From Trypethelium eluteriae (Eukaryota), in contig JAVECL010000105.1 in the NCBI GenBank assembly GCA_051942245.1, positions 1-51,768 of the forward strand: a stretch of DNA of 51,768 nucleotides, in the 5' to 3' direction. Of this stretch, positions 1-11,391 are shown in pieces. The position numbers and the translations under genes were made by a program. The notes under the pieces were generated by a model. It worked only from the letters and a program-made list of their open reading frames with translations. It ran no database searches and was not told the DNA's origin. Every line of letters begins with the position of its first letter. Within the stretch, counting starts at the first letter, position 1.

Positions 1-3000
1 ACCAACCCCCCATCTACCACGCCGCGGCTCCCCAACCCCTGCTCCGTCTCCACAGCGCGGTACGCGCGCGGATTCAACCCCGCGGCGTGCTCGAGCACCG
101 GCGTGAGCGCCGTCTGCAGCGCGCCGAGGCGTCGGTACGCGGGCTCGGACAGGGGCGTCAGGTGCGCGAGGGCGCCGGACTGCGTGCTGAGCAGGATGGA
201 GTACGTGTGGGGTGGGTGAGAGTCGTGGGCATCCGGCATGGGGTGATCGGCGGCGGTGCCGTTCGGGATGCTGTTGGTGGTGGTGGTGGACTGGTGGGTG
301 GGTGTGGGGAAGGAGACGAGCGTCATGGTGCTGGGGAAGTGGCCGGTGTGGAAGGTGGATTTGTGGAGGAGGCGTTGGCCTGAGAGGGACTTTGGGTCTA
401 TGGTGAGGAGATGTTAGTGAGATGCTTGATGAGTGGGGCGGAATGATTTGGTTAGCTTACGGTCGGGATCGAATTGGAGGATGTGGAGGTTCGAGTCTGC
501 GTCTGCAACAGCGAAGTGGAGTTGTTTATCGTTGGGAAGAAATTCGGCGTTTATAGTTTCCATAGAAGAACGACCTTTTCCGAAGAGTACCATTCTGTAG
601 GGCTCCTCCTGTAATGATAGTGGGTCAGTGATTTGTGTATCTTGCGCTGATTGCACGTTCCGATCTGAACTTACGGTATACCCAGCGAACCACACCCCTT
701 TCAAAGCGTCTCCAATCAGGCAATAACCTGTATGTGGTAGGTTCTTTAAGACACTGGTGTAGCATTGCGCATCCAGGAAGGCTACGGGTAAAATGGTTGG
801 CGTCAACAGACCATCTTCTTTGATCCCTCGAACCATGATTTTTTGACCCTGTGCTATCGCAAAGCAACCTTGTGATCCTATCGAAGTTATAGCGCTCACT
901 GCACCTTGGACTTCTTCTTGTGCAAACAACTTTAGATTTTTGTTAGTTTCTGGTCGTCCAGGTTCAGGCACCACATCCACGATATCGAATATGTAGATTC
1001 GGCCTCGCGTTGCAAGGTCCTCCCCGCGGACAAAGGTTGTGCCAACGACCACGAGCTCTTTGCGGTCGTGTGTTGCTTCTGATGTTTCTAGAACCATTGT
1101 CTGCATACTCATGATCGTCTCGAAAGGCACCAAAGAGTGTCTTGACAACTGTCAATGTCTGACCATCTATATATTGTGTACTTCTTGCAAAACTTACTCA
1201 TCAATGACCGTCCATGTGTTCGGATCCAGAAGCTTTAGAGAGCTTTGGTCGACCTTTGGTAGTGTATCACTATCTATCACATGTTATTAGAATAAGTCAA
1301 ACTTGGACAAGTACGTAGTCGACTCTTACCCTCTCTACCATACTCTTTGTAGGTATCAGCCTCCGAAAGTTTGAAATCAGTGGGCTTGCTTGTCCCTAAT
1401 GCATAGACGTTTTGCTTTTCATGAAAGCATATGCCAAGAACATCTTCTTGGATTTGGAGCTTGCGTGTCGCCCACCCTGTCTGACCGTATTTCGTCTGCG
1501 GAGGAAGCTGAGCTTCATGTAGCTTATCCTGAAAATAGCTAAGTAATCGTATTACACCTTTTCATCAACACTTACGTCTTGTCCAATGTAGGCAAAGCCT
1601 CTCTCGCATCGCGCCGTGTGAAAAGTTGTCAGCCCCTGGATATCTGGGGTCTGTACCTCCAGGATTCTGGGTGCACTCGACGCCTCCTTGATAATTAAGC
1701 TCGATGTGGGACCCTTGACAAAGACAGCGCTATAACCACCAATATCTGCTAGATACTGCAGTCTTGATCCTTCTTCAGCTAGGAAATCATCCGAATCTGC
1801 CCAATTGGCCATGAGCGGTTGGTCCAGCTTCCTCCAACGTAAATTTGACGTGAAAGGCTGTCCGGTGTCTGTTTCTGGGAAGTGATAAGGCTTGTAAATG
1901 GTTACATCGTCCCATGATGTTCGGACCTGTGAAGTGTCAGCAAGCGGAATGCGCACGTTTGGATGTCAAACCTACAATAAGATGGGGAGATTTGCTGGAC
2001 GCGTCTCCAAGATCCGCCACAAGAACTTCGGCAAGTTGCTCGCGTGCAGCAGATCTGCGTGGGACTTCTCCTGGCACGAGAACTGGTGGAAGATAGCTCA
2101 GACTTGCGATTGAGTAGATTGGTACAGATAGATCAGGTAAATTGAAAATCTGTAACTACCATTAGTGACGGTTGAGCTAGATGCCTCCAGAAAACGACCT
2201 ACCTTCAGCCCCCCATCCGCGCCAAGAAGGTAGAGTAGGGTCGAGTCGACCGAGTCTGTTGTGCGATACAAGGAACCAGAGGACCACTTGTTCTTGGATA
2301 TAAACTCGGCTTTTTCCAGCTCATCAATTTCGCCCCTTTCGTCCGCCTTAAGGATCATTATGCCTGAATCATCACGTCTGATGAATAGATAGGGGTCTGC
2401 AAAGCTCGTACTAACAACTTTCAGTTCGGCATCTGAGGATTCATCTACTATGGGAAGAATTTGCTCTAAACCGAAATCTGCATAGAGTTTGATCGTTAGC
2501 AAATGTCTATCAGAAGTTGCGTGATGTTGGAGCGCTTGGAATGTTCAAATTTTCACTCTGGAGAGAAATAGACGAAGTGATGATATTTGGCATTGTTCTA
2601 TAAAACGTGAAGATACATAACACATTTTAAGCCAAGAATACAACCTGAGCCTCAATGGCGATGGTCTTTTATTGGGCCTTCTGCTATAACCGAATATCAA
2701 AGGTAATAGCATTGTGGAGTATAAGCGGAGCGAGACAAATGCAGAAGAGCGTCCAGTCTCGAACGCATAGATTAGGCTATCCGCTGTGTGTGGTAACGAG
2801 TGCTCAGAGAAACGTTTTTCACCAATAAATCGGAAGAGCGAGGGAGGCTTACCGTGATTATAGCTCCGAACTTCACTCTTAAGAATCTGTACGATTCGAG
2901 TGCCTCTTGCCAAGGTTCCGACATCTATTGTGGCTCCAGCATCGAACTCAAAATCGCTATCTTTCATCTCTTCGAGGCTTGTTTCGGTCACTTTGAGTAC

Positions 3001-4881
3001 AATGGATTCCTCGACATCATCTTGTGAGCGCTTCGACACAATAACAAAACGAGCATAATTAGAGTCCGGTGAGAGAGCTGCTTCGGCGTCTACTTGACCG
3101 TTTGCCGGTTGAGGCATGCCTTTCGGTGCTGAAGCTCTTGCATATACTGACCACAAATCTCGTGCCCCCGCGATAGATTGGTATCGTGCAGATTTAGGTC
3201 CGACTGTGCGATTTAGAATAGTTATTGCTCCAGCTTGACCACGACCCGCTGAGACGAGGAGTTCCTGATGAGCCCTTGCCTCATTCACATTCGTGTCTTC
3301 TTGATATGTGCGTAGCGCTGAAGCCTTACCGATTGCTACTGCCGAGGCAGGGCCTAGATTAGTCAAGGTATCATGGATCTTGAATAGGTAGTATGTCGGT
3401 GACGTTGGACCTGCCGAAGAGATCTGTTGTTTCGGAGCAGCACTGCCACCACCGTAGAGGTCATCATCAAGGTCCTCTAGATCCTCTTCATTGAAATCCA
3501 CATCTGCATCGTCTTCAAGCATTTGTGCATGCGATCGCTTGCGAGTCAACTGTGGTGCCTTGTACGACCAGCCCAGCACCGCAGAATCGCCTTCCTCACT
3601 ACCAACAAAGAGCTTGCCACGGCCCAGATTAGAGATGCAGGACGGACGAGTACCAGGTAAGGCTCCGCCCTGGTCTTGTGACACTTTGTGTACCGATAGG
3701 CCAGAAACTGACCTTCCGTCGATTTTGAAGCTCAAAATAGCGAGTTCTCCGGAGTGCAGGACTATTAGCGTGTCGCCATTGTCAGCCCCAAATTGTTCAA
3801 TAGCACATCCTTCAAGTTTCAAACCAAGATCCGACTGGTCAGCCATTGGAAATGCTGAGCATTGTCGAGCAAAGTCATTCACGGCCACAGCACTGGTATT
3901 ACCAGCCTGGTCAACATGAATGAATTCATTGCTACCAACCAGTAAGGCCCCTCCAACAGGAAGTGGGAGTGGGACAAGTTCGAAGATATCCGATGGAAGA
4001 CCGGAGACAGAGAGAAGGGTAGTAGAAGCACGCTGATCAAGGTCGAGCGTGTAAACATTGTAGTTCACGACATCCTTGCGTTCTTCTAGAAGCGCAGATG
4101 AGGGTTCTTTCAAGCTCGAAACGATTCCAAAGGTAGGTTCTCGGTATTCATACAGAAAATCTAGATGGATCGGATGGACTAGCGCTGGATCCAGAGCTGT
4201 CAACGGCAACACGAATGATGACGCATATGGTGTCTTATGCTCCTCCGCTTCCTCTGCCAATGCCGCCGCTGTCTTGTCTTTTGCAGGTGGCTCATCAATG
4301 TCTGGATCAAAGTCCTCAACTAAGTCATCCCCAGGCTGACGAAAGGGCAGGATGGCCAAGTGTCGAGCTCCGAACTTTAATGTAGCGCATCTGCTACTTG
4401 GATCTGCTTTCAAGTAATTGTAATATTGACCAGTGGGTGGAGTCCAGGGGGCGCCCTGCAAATCTTCCCCTTCATAGTAGTGCACCGATATTGTGGAAAG
4501 CCCATAGTATTCAGGATCCCATTCGAGTAAGCTGAGTTTAGCATCTTGAAACGATACCAATAGAGCGCTTCCTCCGCTCTTGCTATTTTGAATGTTAATA
4601 CGAGCCAGTGATGTTATGACGCCTGACACAACATGCTCGCTAACGAGTACCAGTTTCGTTCGCGATTCTGAGCGCTGAGTCGATAGGCTTCCTTCGACGG
4701 TATTGTTATCTTGCGCGCCATCGGCTGGTCGGGTTGTTAATTCTGTGACATTCTTGAGCTCGAAGATTTGGAGCAAGGAGGTCTTTGCGACGATGAGGTT
4801 GGTAGCTTTCGGAGAAGTGAAGGGAAGAACAACCGACTGCTCGATAGCAGTCGGCGGGATCAGCTCGGTATAGCATTGCAT
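1..4881 (-). CDS. CFT1: Cleavage/polyadenylation factor subunit Cft1 (CPSF160/CPSF1 orthologue), multi-exon, 3' end beyond window start
   Basis: ATG at 4881 ([11 protein letters not shown]). CPSF-A-type motifs: [84 protein letters not shown]. Introns read at 2478-2852, 2150-2202, 1927-1975, 1529-1575, 1274-1329, 1141-1197, 609-674 and 398-460 join the ORF pieces in frame. Confidence 0.96.
2668..2673 (-). promoter_or_regulatory. Candidate intronic polyadenylation signal (AATAAA) in CFT1 intron 1, followed by GU/U-rich sequence
   Basis: Sense strand reads CCCAATAAAAGACCATCGCCA...GGTTGTATTCTTGGCTT...TGTGTTATGTATCTT. Function is inferred, not shown. Confidence 0.4.
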
Positions 4882-5286
4882 TGCATGCTCGTGCTGTGAT
4901 GGCTGCTTTGTCAATGGATAGCTAGGAGACTCGGAGCTTCGAAAAAGTCGCGTTAGCTTCAGCGCGTCGGGGTCGGCTTCCCACGTTCCTTCCGCGCGGA
5001 GCTGCAGCCTGGCGTCATCCCTACGTCGCAACAACAACCCTGCTGGTCTACACCTGCATGGAGTAGCTCGACAGAGTACAGTACCTATCTACCTACTTTT
5101 CCACCTTACCCTGCATGCTCTTTCACTGACTCTGCTCCCATTGACTCTGTGGACTGTGGGGTTAGACTGAGTCTGCAGTCTTATCGTCCACAATTCAACG
5201 CAGACGGCTATTCGATCTAGCGATCCTACTCTGTACTAAGGAAACTCTTCTCGAGGCCGACTCAGTCGCCTCCAACAGCTCCAGCC

Positions 5287-7166
5287 ATGGCTCTCATACA
5301 AACGAGTCTAATATGGGTGGCATATGCTGTCGCACTCGTTCTTTGCATCGCAATTGCATCGGTGACCATCTACATATACCAGACACCAAGAGAACGAACA
5401 GCTTCAATTACGACAGTCTGCATCTTTACAATGACCTCGCTCTTAGCCACCGTCCTACTCATGCCAGTCGACATCGCCTTGGTCTCCTCCACGAGTCTTT
5501 CGAGCCAAGGTCGTAAAAAGGATTGGGCTACTCCAGAAAAAGTAGAAGATATGCTCTATACGTTGCGAGTCGTATACTACACGTTGTATTCATTGGATGC
5601 AGTTCTTTGTCTGCTGGTCATTCCCTTTTCATACTTCTACTATGAGGACTACGACGAGGTAGCCACGGAACAAGGCAATCAGACAATTGTCAGTCGAATC
5701 TGGGGGGCTCTGAAGTATACCGTGGTCTTCCTTCTGATCTGTATCATCCTTTTCCTGATTGGTTTTTTCGTGCCTGCGGCAAGAAGTATGAAAGGGAACC
5801 CTCTGGACCTAGATTATTTCAAGCATTTATTATCAGACAACCGTAAGTTTACAAAATTCGCTTGCAAGAAATATCTACTTCGGGGCCATGTCTAACACAT
5901 ATTTTAGGCCCAGAACGAGCGTTATCCTTTGCAATTGGTCTTTTGACACTGATTGGTACTATGATCTATTGCTTGTACACAGCTAGCGGACTTGCTTTGT
6001 TACCAGTGGCTATGATTAGATCTGCACCGTCGGTATCAGCTCCAGACCTCGCTGCCAATACCGCCTCTCAACTGCAGCAAAACCGCGAGCGCCAAAGACA
6101 GCTTGAAATGCGAAACGAAGGACGGCCGGGTGGACTTAATTCACGCGATCGCCGTGAGCTTGAAGCACTGACACGAGAAGAGCGGACTTTGATCCGAAGA
6201 GAGCGGCTTGCAGCAGATGCAACCGGTGAGGGCCAGTCCTGGCTCGTTAAGACCTGGAATAAACTCGGTGCTATCTTCCGACCCGTCAAGCTTCTCGGTG
6301 GCCTTCTCCTTGTTGTCCTTTCCCTCGTAATCTTCGTCTCCATGCTTATCACCGGTATCGACAAAGCTAAGAACTCCATCTGTAAGACGAACTGCGGCTA
6401 TGTCCTTGGCCACATCAACATCTTCCAACCCTTGAACTGGATTTTCGTCAAAACCGCAGCCGTCTTTCCAATCGACTATGTCCTCTTCCTCATTCTCACC
6501 CTTCTCCTCTTTTCCTCCTCCATCATTGGCATTGCCACCATCGGTATCCGCTTCCTCTGGGTCACCCTCTTCACCATTCGCAAAGGCCACACCTCGCCTC
6601 AGGCCCTCCTCACTGCTACAGTCCTCCTGACTCTCATCGTCCTCGCCCTCAACTACAGCCTTGCGATGCTCATCGCGCCCCAGTATGCTACCTTCGGCCC
6701 ACAGACCTACTGTGATATGCCCGTCAACGACGAAACGACTCAACCTTCCTGTAAAGAGCATCCAGATGCCATCAAGCCGTGCTCGGAGCTTGCGTCCAAT
6801 CCCGCTGCACACAATGTTTGCACGCCGTCCGTAGTCAGCACCTTCATCAACCGCGTCAATGTCAACTTCCCCTTCTTCGGTGTCGTCGACTTCTGGGCGC
6901 AGTTCGCGTTCTTGGGTATCTACCTGATCGTGTTCGTGACGACGTTGGTGCGGGCACCGAGGGTGAATATGGGGCAAGTAGATGCGGATTTGGAGGAACG
7001 CGAAGAGGAGGGGTTGTTGGCGAGCACGGGAAGAAGGTTTGGCGCTACGTGGAATGACATTGTGGGGAGGAGTAAGGGGCGACAAAGAGATTATGGGACG
7101 GGTGGCGGAGATGAGGGGGCGGTGGGAAGAGAGGAGGATGGAGTGGGACGGGATTCGAATTGGTGA
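5287..7166 (+). CDS. LMBRD1: LMBR1-family multipass membrane protein (probable lysosomal cobalamin transporter, LMBD1-like), ~604 aa
   Basis: Exons 5287-5842 and 5908-7166, intron GTAAGT..CTAAC..TAG at 5843-5907. Many TM helices. Motifs [78 protein letters not shown]. Confidence 0.9.
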
Positions 7167-7748
7167 GCCACTGGGAGGGACTGTGCCTAGCGGCAGTATA
7201 AAACATGGTTGGGAGGAGAAGTTTCGCATTTCAATGCTGGTTCGCGGTTAAGATGATTACTGCGTCTGTTGGTTTTGATATCCCGCCAGGTTCCTCTTAG
7301 TTTAAACATTTTCGAGGCGAATCCCAGTATCTATACGCTATATATACACACGAAATTTGTATTGCGCATCACTACGTTTTGCACCAATCTCTGAGCATTT
7401 GTACTGCTTCGAAGTGTACAGAAGTCAACTGCTACTCGAGATCGCCGGTGCTACATACACTACAGCACTTGACGAGCTGTAGAGTGGTAGCATCTTAGCA
7501 ATCTCAAATGCACGCATACGATAGGTAAGACGTGTTATTCGAAGATGCTCTTCCTGATGGCCACTAGGCCGTCCTCTTCTAGCGTTGTTGCTGTGCTGAT
7601 TCCCGGAATTCCACTTATTATGTCTGTGGAGTCCCTCGCTAGATCAGCAGTGGGACAACAATGTCGTCCTAATGCTCTGGCTAGGATGTCTTGCGCTATG
7701 TTTGAGCGTTTCTGTCCAGGCAAATTCATGGACTCTGTGCAAACTCAT

Positions 7749-9129
7749 TCATCTTGCTCCCAGTGCCTGAAGTGCAATATTCAACTCTTTCACAGCCGTG
7801 TCAACATCCTCGAAATTCAGCGCTGACACCGCCCACCTGGCATGCTTCTGCGCGCTCACCACTGATTCCTCGTCGGCTCTATAGCCTCCAGTTGGCGGCA
7901 AAACCTGAGCTGACGGTGCATAAGCAAGTGGCTGCGTCGGCGGTGATAGCACTGATGGAACCGAAGGCACCGATGGGATCACAGGCGCTACAGGTGGGGG
8001 TGGTGAGGTCACGTTCGTCGTCGGGTGCGAGAGGGGAGCAGGCGCAGGTACAGGTGAGTGCGCTGGTACTGGTGCAAATGCGGGTGCTGTTGCTGGTGTA
8101 GGCGTGGTGGTATAGAAGCTCGATGGATCAAGACTAGGTGCTATTGGTGGAGAGGGAGGAATGCCGGAAGGTGCAGAAGGGATTTCAGGAGCTGTGGGTA
8201 AGCTTGGTTCTGGGTTCTCCGAACTGAACGTAGCAGGAGCAGAAGGAAAATAGCCGCCGCCAACTGAATTACTTCTATCCTTCTCCGGCGATACTTCTGG
8301 AGATCCCTGGTCTGGATAGGGAGACAATGTTTCTGAGCCAGAAGCCATCGGTACTCCTACCGGGGAGACTGCAGTGGAAGATTTTGCATTTGGTGTGTAG
8401 AGGACGGGAGCAGGCTCTGAGCCGCTTATAATCGGAGCACTTGGTGTGTCTCCATTTGTGATCTGTACATCTGGATCATTTTCGTCGACGCCTACTGCGT
8501 CTTCAACTGTAGGTGGGGGTGGGGCTTTTGGATTGGAGAGATTGGGGTCTTCCCCAGCCTTAATTGCCTTAGCTATTCGAACCGCGTGATACTTGGCATA
8601 TTTAGACTTCGCAGCTATCTCTGGATCGAGCGGGCCAAAGATTTGGAGAAGATTGAGGAAAGTGGCTGCTGCTTGAAAAGTGTCTGCTGTCTGCCTGTGA
8701 AGCGCTTGAGCTGAGTTGCTTGTGTTTGCCAGAATCAAGCTCTTACGCTGATACTTTATCCGCTCGAACAGCAGTATCCGCTCTGCTAAATGTCTCTAAG
8801 CCGAACTGTTCAACGTATGCCTGGGCGGCAACATCGTCTTGTATGGCGTCGTTGACCGCATTTTCCGTCTTGACCTGCTCGAGCTTGTCCATAAGATTCG
8901 TTGTGTATGCTAAGCAGTCATTGTCTTGCGTGTGAAGGCTCCTAGAAAGTATTTGCTGGACGATCCAGTAGTTGCCTTTAGCCACTCAGTAAGCTATATT
9001 CAAGACAGCTTTACTATTTCACGTACACCAGTATGATATGATGGGCCTGACTTTCTCCACTTGCGCCGCCCGTAGGGCAAACGGAGAGATCTCGGCAGTG
9101 CGAAGCTTCTCCGGAAGGGTCGTGACCAT
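7749..9129 (-). CDS. VTA1: Vacuolar protein sorting-associated protein Vta1 (MIT domains, Pro-rich linker, C-terminal VSL domain), ~425 aa
   Basis: ATG at 9129; introns 8976-9026 and 8695-8746. N-terminal RAAQVEKVRPIISYWCNYW and KYAKYHAVRIAKAIKAGEDPN; C-terminal AQKHARWAVSALNFEDVDTAVKEL. Confidence 0.95.
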
Positions 9130-9429
9130 TTTGAGGCAGAATGAAGTTTGCGATGTCGTACAGCTGCCCGTGTATCGACTTTTGATAGCTCTCAGAGCAA
9201 GTCAGCAGCTCTCATATAGCTCGCGGGGTGCTGCAATTTAGCCGCGCGCTTCTAGTATATCTTTTGACCCCCGGCGTCTACCCCACACTTTTGATGCCAC
9301 CTTGCACTTCGAGCTCGAGACTTCGTCCGAGAAGCTCGGGTGGAGCTTGTGAGATACCATACATTCATGCGATCTCATTGATTACCTTTCAGGCTTCTTG
9401 CTTCTGCTGTTGAACACTGCTTTTCCGTT

Positions 9430-11019
9430 ATGTTGTCGTCCCTCTCCGTCGCTCTTGCCGTACCATGGCTGCTGCTCCTAGCTCCCGCCTCCGCAACTGG
9501 CCTGTATACGAAAGGCTCTCCCGTCGTGCAAGTTGATGCAAAATCCTATGACAAGCTAATTGCCAAATCGAATCACACGTCGATTGTCGAGTTCTACGCT
9601 CCGTGGTGCGGTCATTGCCAGAACTTGAAACCGGCCTATGAGAAGGCTGCCAAAAATCTAAAAGGTCTAGCGAAGGTAGCTGCGGTCAATTGCGACGATG
9701 ACGACAATAAGCCGTTTTGCGGAAGCATGGGAGTTCAGGGATTCCCAACTCTCAAGATTGTCAGGCCCTCAAAAAAATCTGGAAAGCCTGTTGTAGAAGA
9801 CTACATGGGCGCCAGGAACGCAAAAGGTATCGTCGACTCTGTGGTGGAGAAAATCAACAATCATGTTAGTAGGATAACGGACAAGACATTGGGTGAAGTT
9901 TTGGAGCAGGGCAATGATACTGCCCGGGCAATACTGTTTACGGAAAAGGGTACAACAAGCGCGTTACTTCGAGCATTGGCAATTGACTTCCTTGGGACTG
10001 TGAATGTTGCACAGACTAGAGATAAGGAGAGAAAAGCAGTGGAGATGTTCGGCATTGAAGAATACCCGACTTTCGTACTGCTACCTGGAGGGGCCAAGGA
10101 GCCAATCATATACAACGGAGAGATGAAGAAGGATCCCATGGTCGAATTTCTCTCTCAAATTGCTCAGCCAAACCCTGATCCAGCACCTGCAAAATCCAAG
10201 TCTGGCAAAGATTCAAAGAAGGGTGACCAAAAAGCTAGTAAAGACTCTGCATCCTTCTCCGCCGCCTCCTCGTCCCACAAATCCGCCGATGCCTCCTCGG
10301 CGAAGACAGCCACAGCATCCGAAACCCTCGAAGACGATCCCAATCCCACCGAGTCCCCCAACCCGAATGTTGTCACTCCCGACACCGAAACTCCTGTTAA
10401 AGTTCCCGAGATCCCCGCTCTCCCCATCCTCGCCTACGGCGACGAGCTCCACCGGGCATGTCTCCAACCCAAGTCCTCCCTCTGCATTCTTGCCCTCCTC
10501 CCCGCCGAACCTGGCACCACCAGCGACTTTCCTAAGGACCCGACCGAGCTGCCTGAGCCCGCTGCAGATGCGATACGTAACCTTGCCGCCATATCGCATA
10601 AGCACGCAGAGCGCAGGGCGAAGCTCTTCCCCTTCTACGCGCTTCCGGCGAGCAATCCCGCTGCGGCGCCGCTGCGGGAGGTGCTAGGGCTCAAGACAGC
10701 GGAGACGGCGGAGCCGGAGATCATTGCGGTGAATGCGAAGAAGTTGTTCTGGAAGCACTACGAAGGCACGGAGTTCACGCGGGAGGCGGTGGAGGATTGG
10801 ATCGATGCGTTGAGGATGGGGGAGGGCAAAAAGCTGGAGTTGCCGGAGGTGCTAGTGCAGGTTGTGGAGGAGAAGCAGTCAGAGCAGAAGGAAGAAGATG
10901 TCAATTTTGCGGGGATGAACTTTAAGGATCAAGGGGAGGGCAAGCCGAAGCTGTATGAGTCACCTGAGGGGCTGAAAATAGAGTTGGCGGAAGTGATGGA
11001 TGAGCATGATGAATTGTAA
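9430..11019 (+). CDS. MPD1: ER protein disulfide isomerase, Mpd1/PrpA type (one active thioredoxin site), 529 aa
   Basis: Single ORF with signal peptide, VEFYAPWCGHC active site, GVQGFPTLK and C-terminal HDEL. Confidence 0.92.
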   Translation: MLSSLSVALAVPWLLLLAPASATGLYTKGSPVVQVDAKSYDKLIAKSNHTSIVEFYAPWCGHCQNLKPAYEKAAKNLKGLAKVAAVNCDDDDNKPFCGSMGVQGFPTLKIVRPSKKSGKPVVEDYMGARNAKGIVDSVVEKINNHVSRITDKTLGEVLEQGNDTARAILFTEKGTTSALLRALAIDFLGTVNVAQTRDKERKAVEMFGIEEYPTFVLLPGGAKEPIIYNGEMKKDPMVEFLSQIAQPNPDPAPAKSKSGKDSKKGDQKASKDSASFSAASSSHKSADASSAKTATASETLEDDPNPTESPNPNVVTPDTETPVKVPEIPALPILAYGDELHRACLQPKSSLCILALLPAEPGTTSDFPKDPTELPEPAADAIRNLAAISHKHAERRAKLFPFYALPASNPAAAPLREVLGLKTAETAEPEIIAVNAKKLFWKHYEGTEFTREAVEDWIDALRMGEGKKLELPEVLVQVVEEKQSEQKEEDVNFAGMNFKDQGEGKPKLYESPEGLKIELAEVMDEHDEL

Positions 11020-11391
11020 CATATGTTCTATAGCGAACTCCTGTCAATGAAAAAATTCCAGATCAGGGTCCGGCCAGACGAATGTCAATCTCGCCAATTT
11101 CTTTACGACGCAGAAATAGGTACTACGGGAAGAACGGTTAGACTTTGAGCCGAGGATCGATGCTACCTGTATCAGAATTCTTGAATTTTTATCGGTAAAG
11201 ACTGTATCGTAAGACATATTCCAGCCTTTGATCGGCTCGAACATGTTTCACTTGCAAAGGATATAAAGAAAGTGCAATATGTCCCGACGCGCCTTCAACT
11301 CTCAACGGACATGTCCTCGAACATCGTTGGATCTTTTGTTCAAGAGGACAAGACGACCGCCCCCTTTCTTGGACATGGCCTGTAGATGCGA

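Noticed and set aside
2577..2648. C/D snoRNA-like boxes (GTGATGA ... CTGA) within the CFT1 intron
   Set aside because: They lie antisense to the host gene, with no terminal stem or recognisable rRNA guide.
4882..5037. N-terminal extension of the 830-aa CFT1 ORF
   Set aside because: Begins at a non-ATG codon; family similarity starts at MQCY (4881).
6141..7229. 362-aa antisense ORF over the LMBR1 gene, and similar shadow ORFs over PDI, dynamin, kinase and chitin synthase
   Set aside because: Explained by codon bias of the real gene on the opposite strand or frame; no family motifs.
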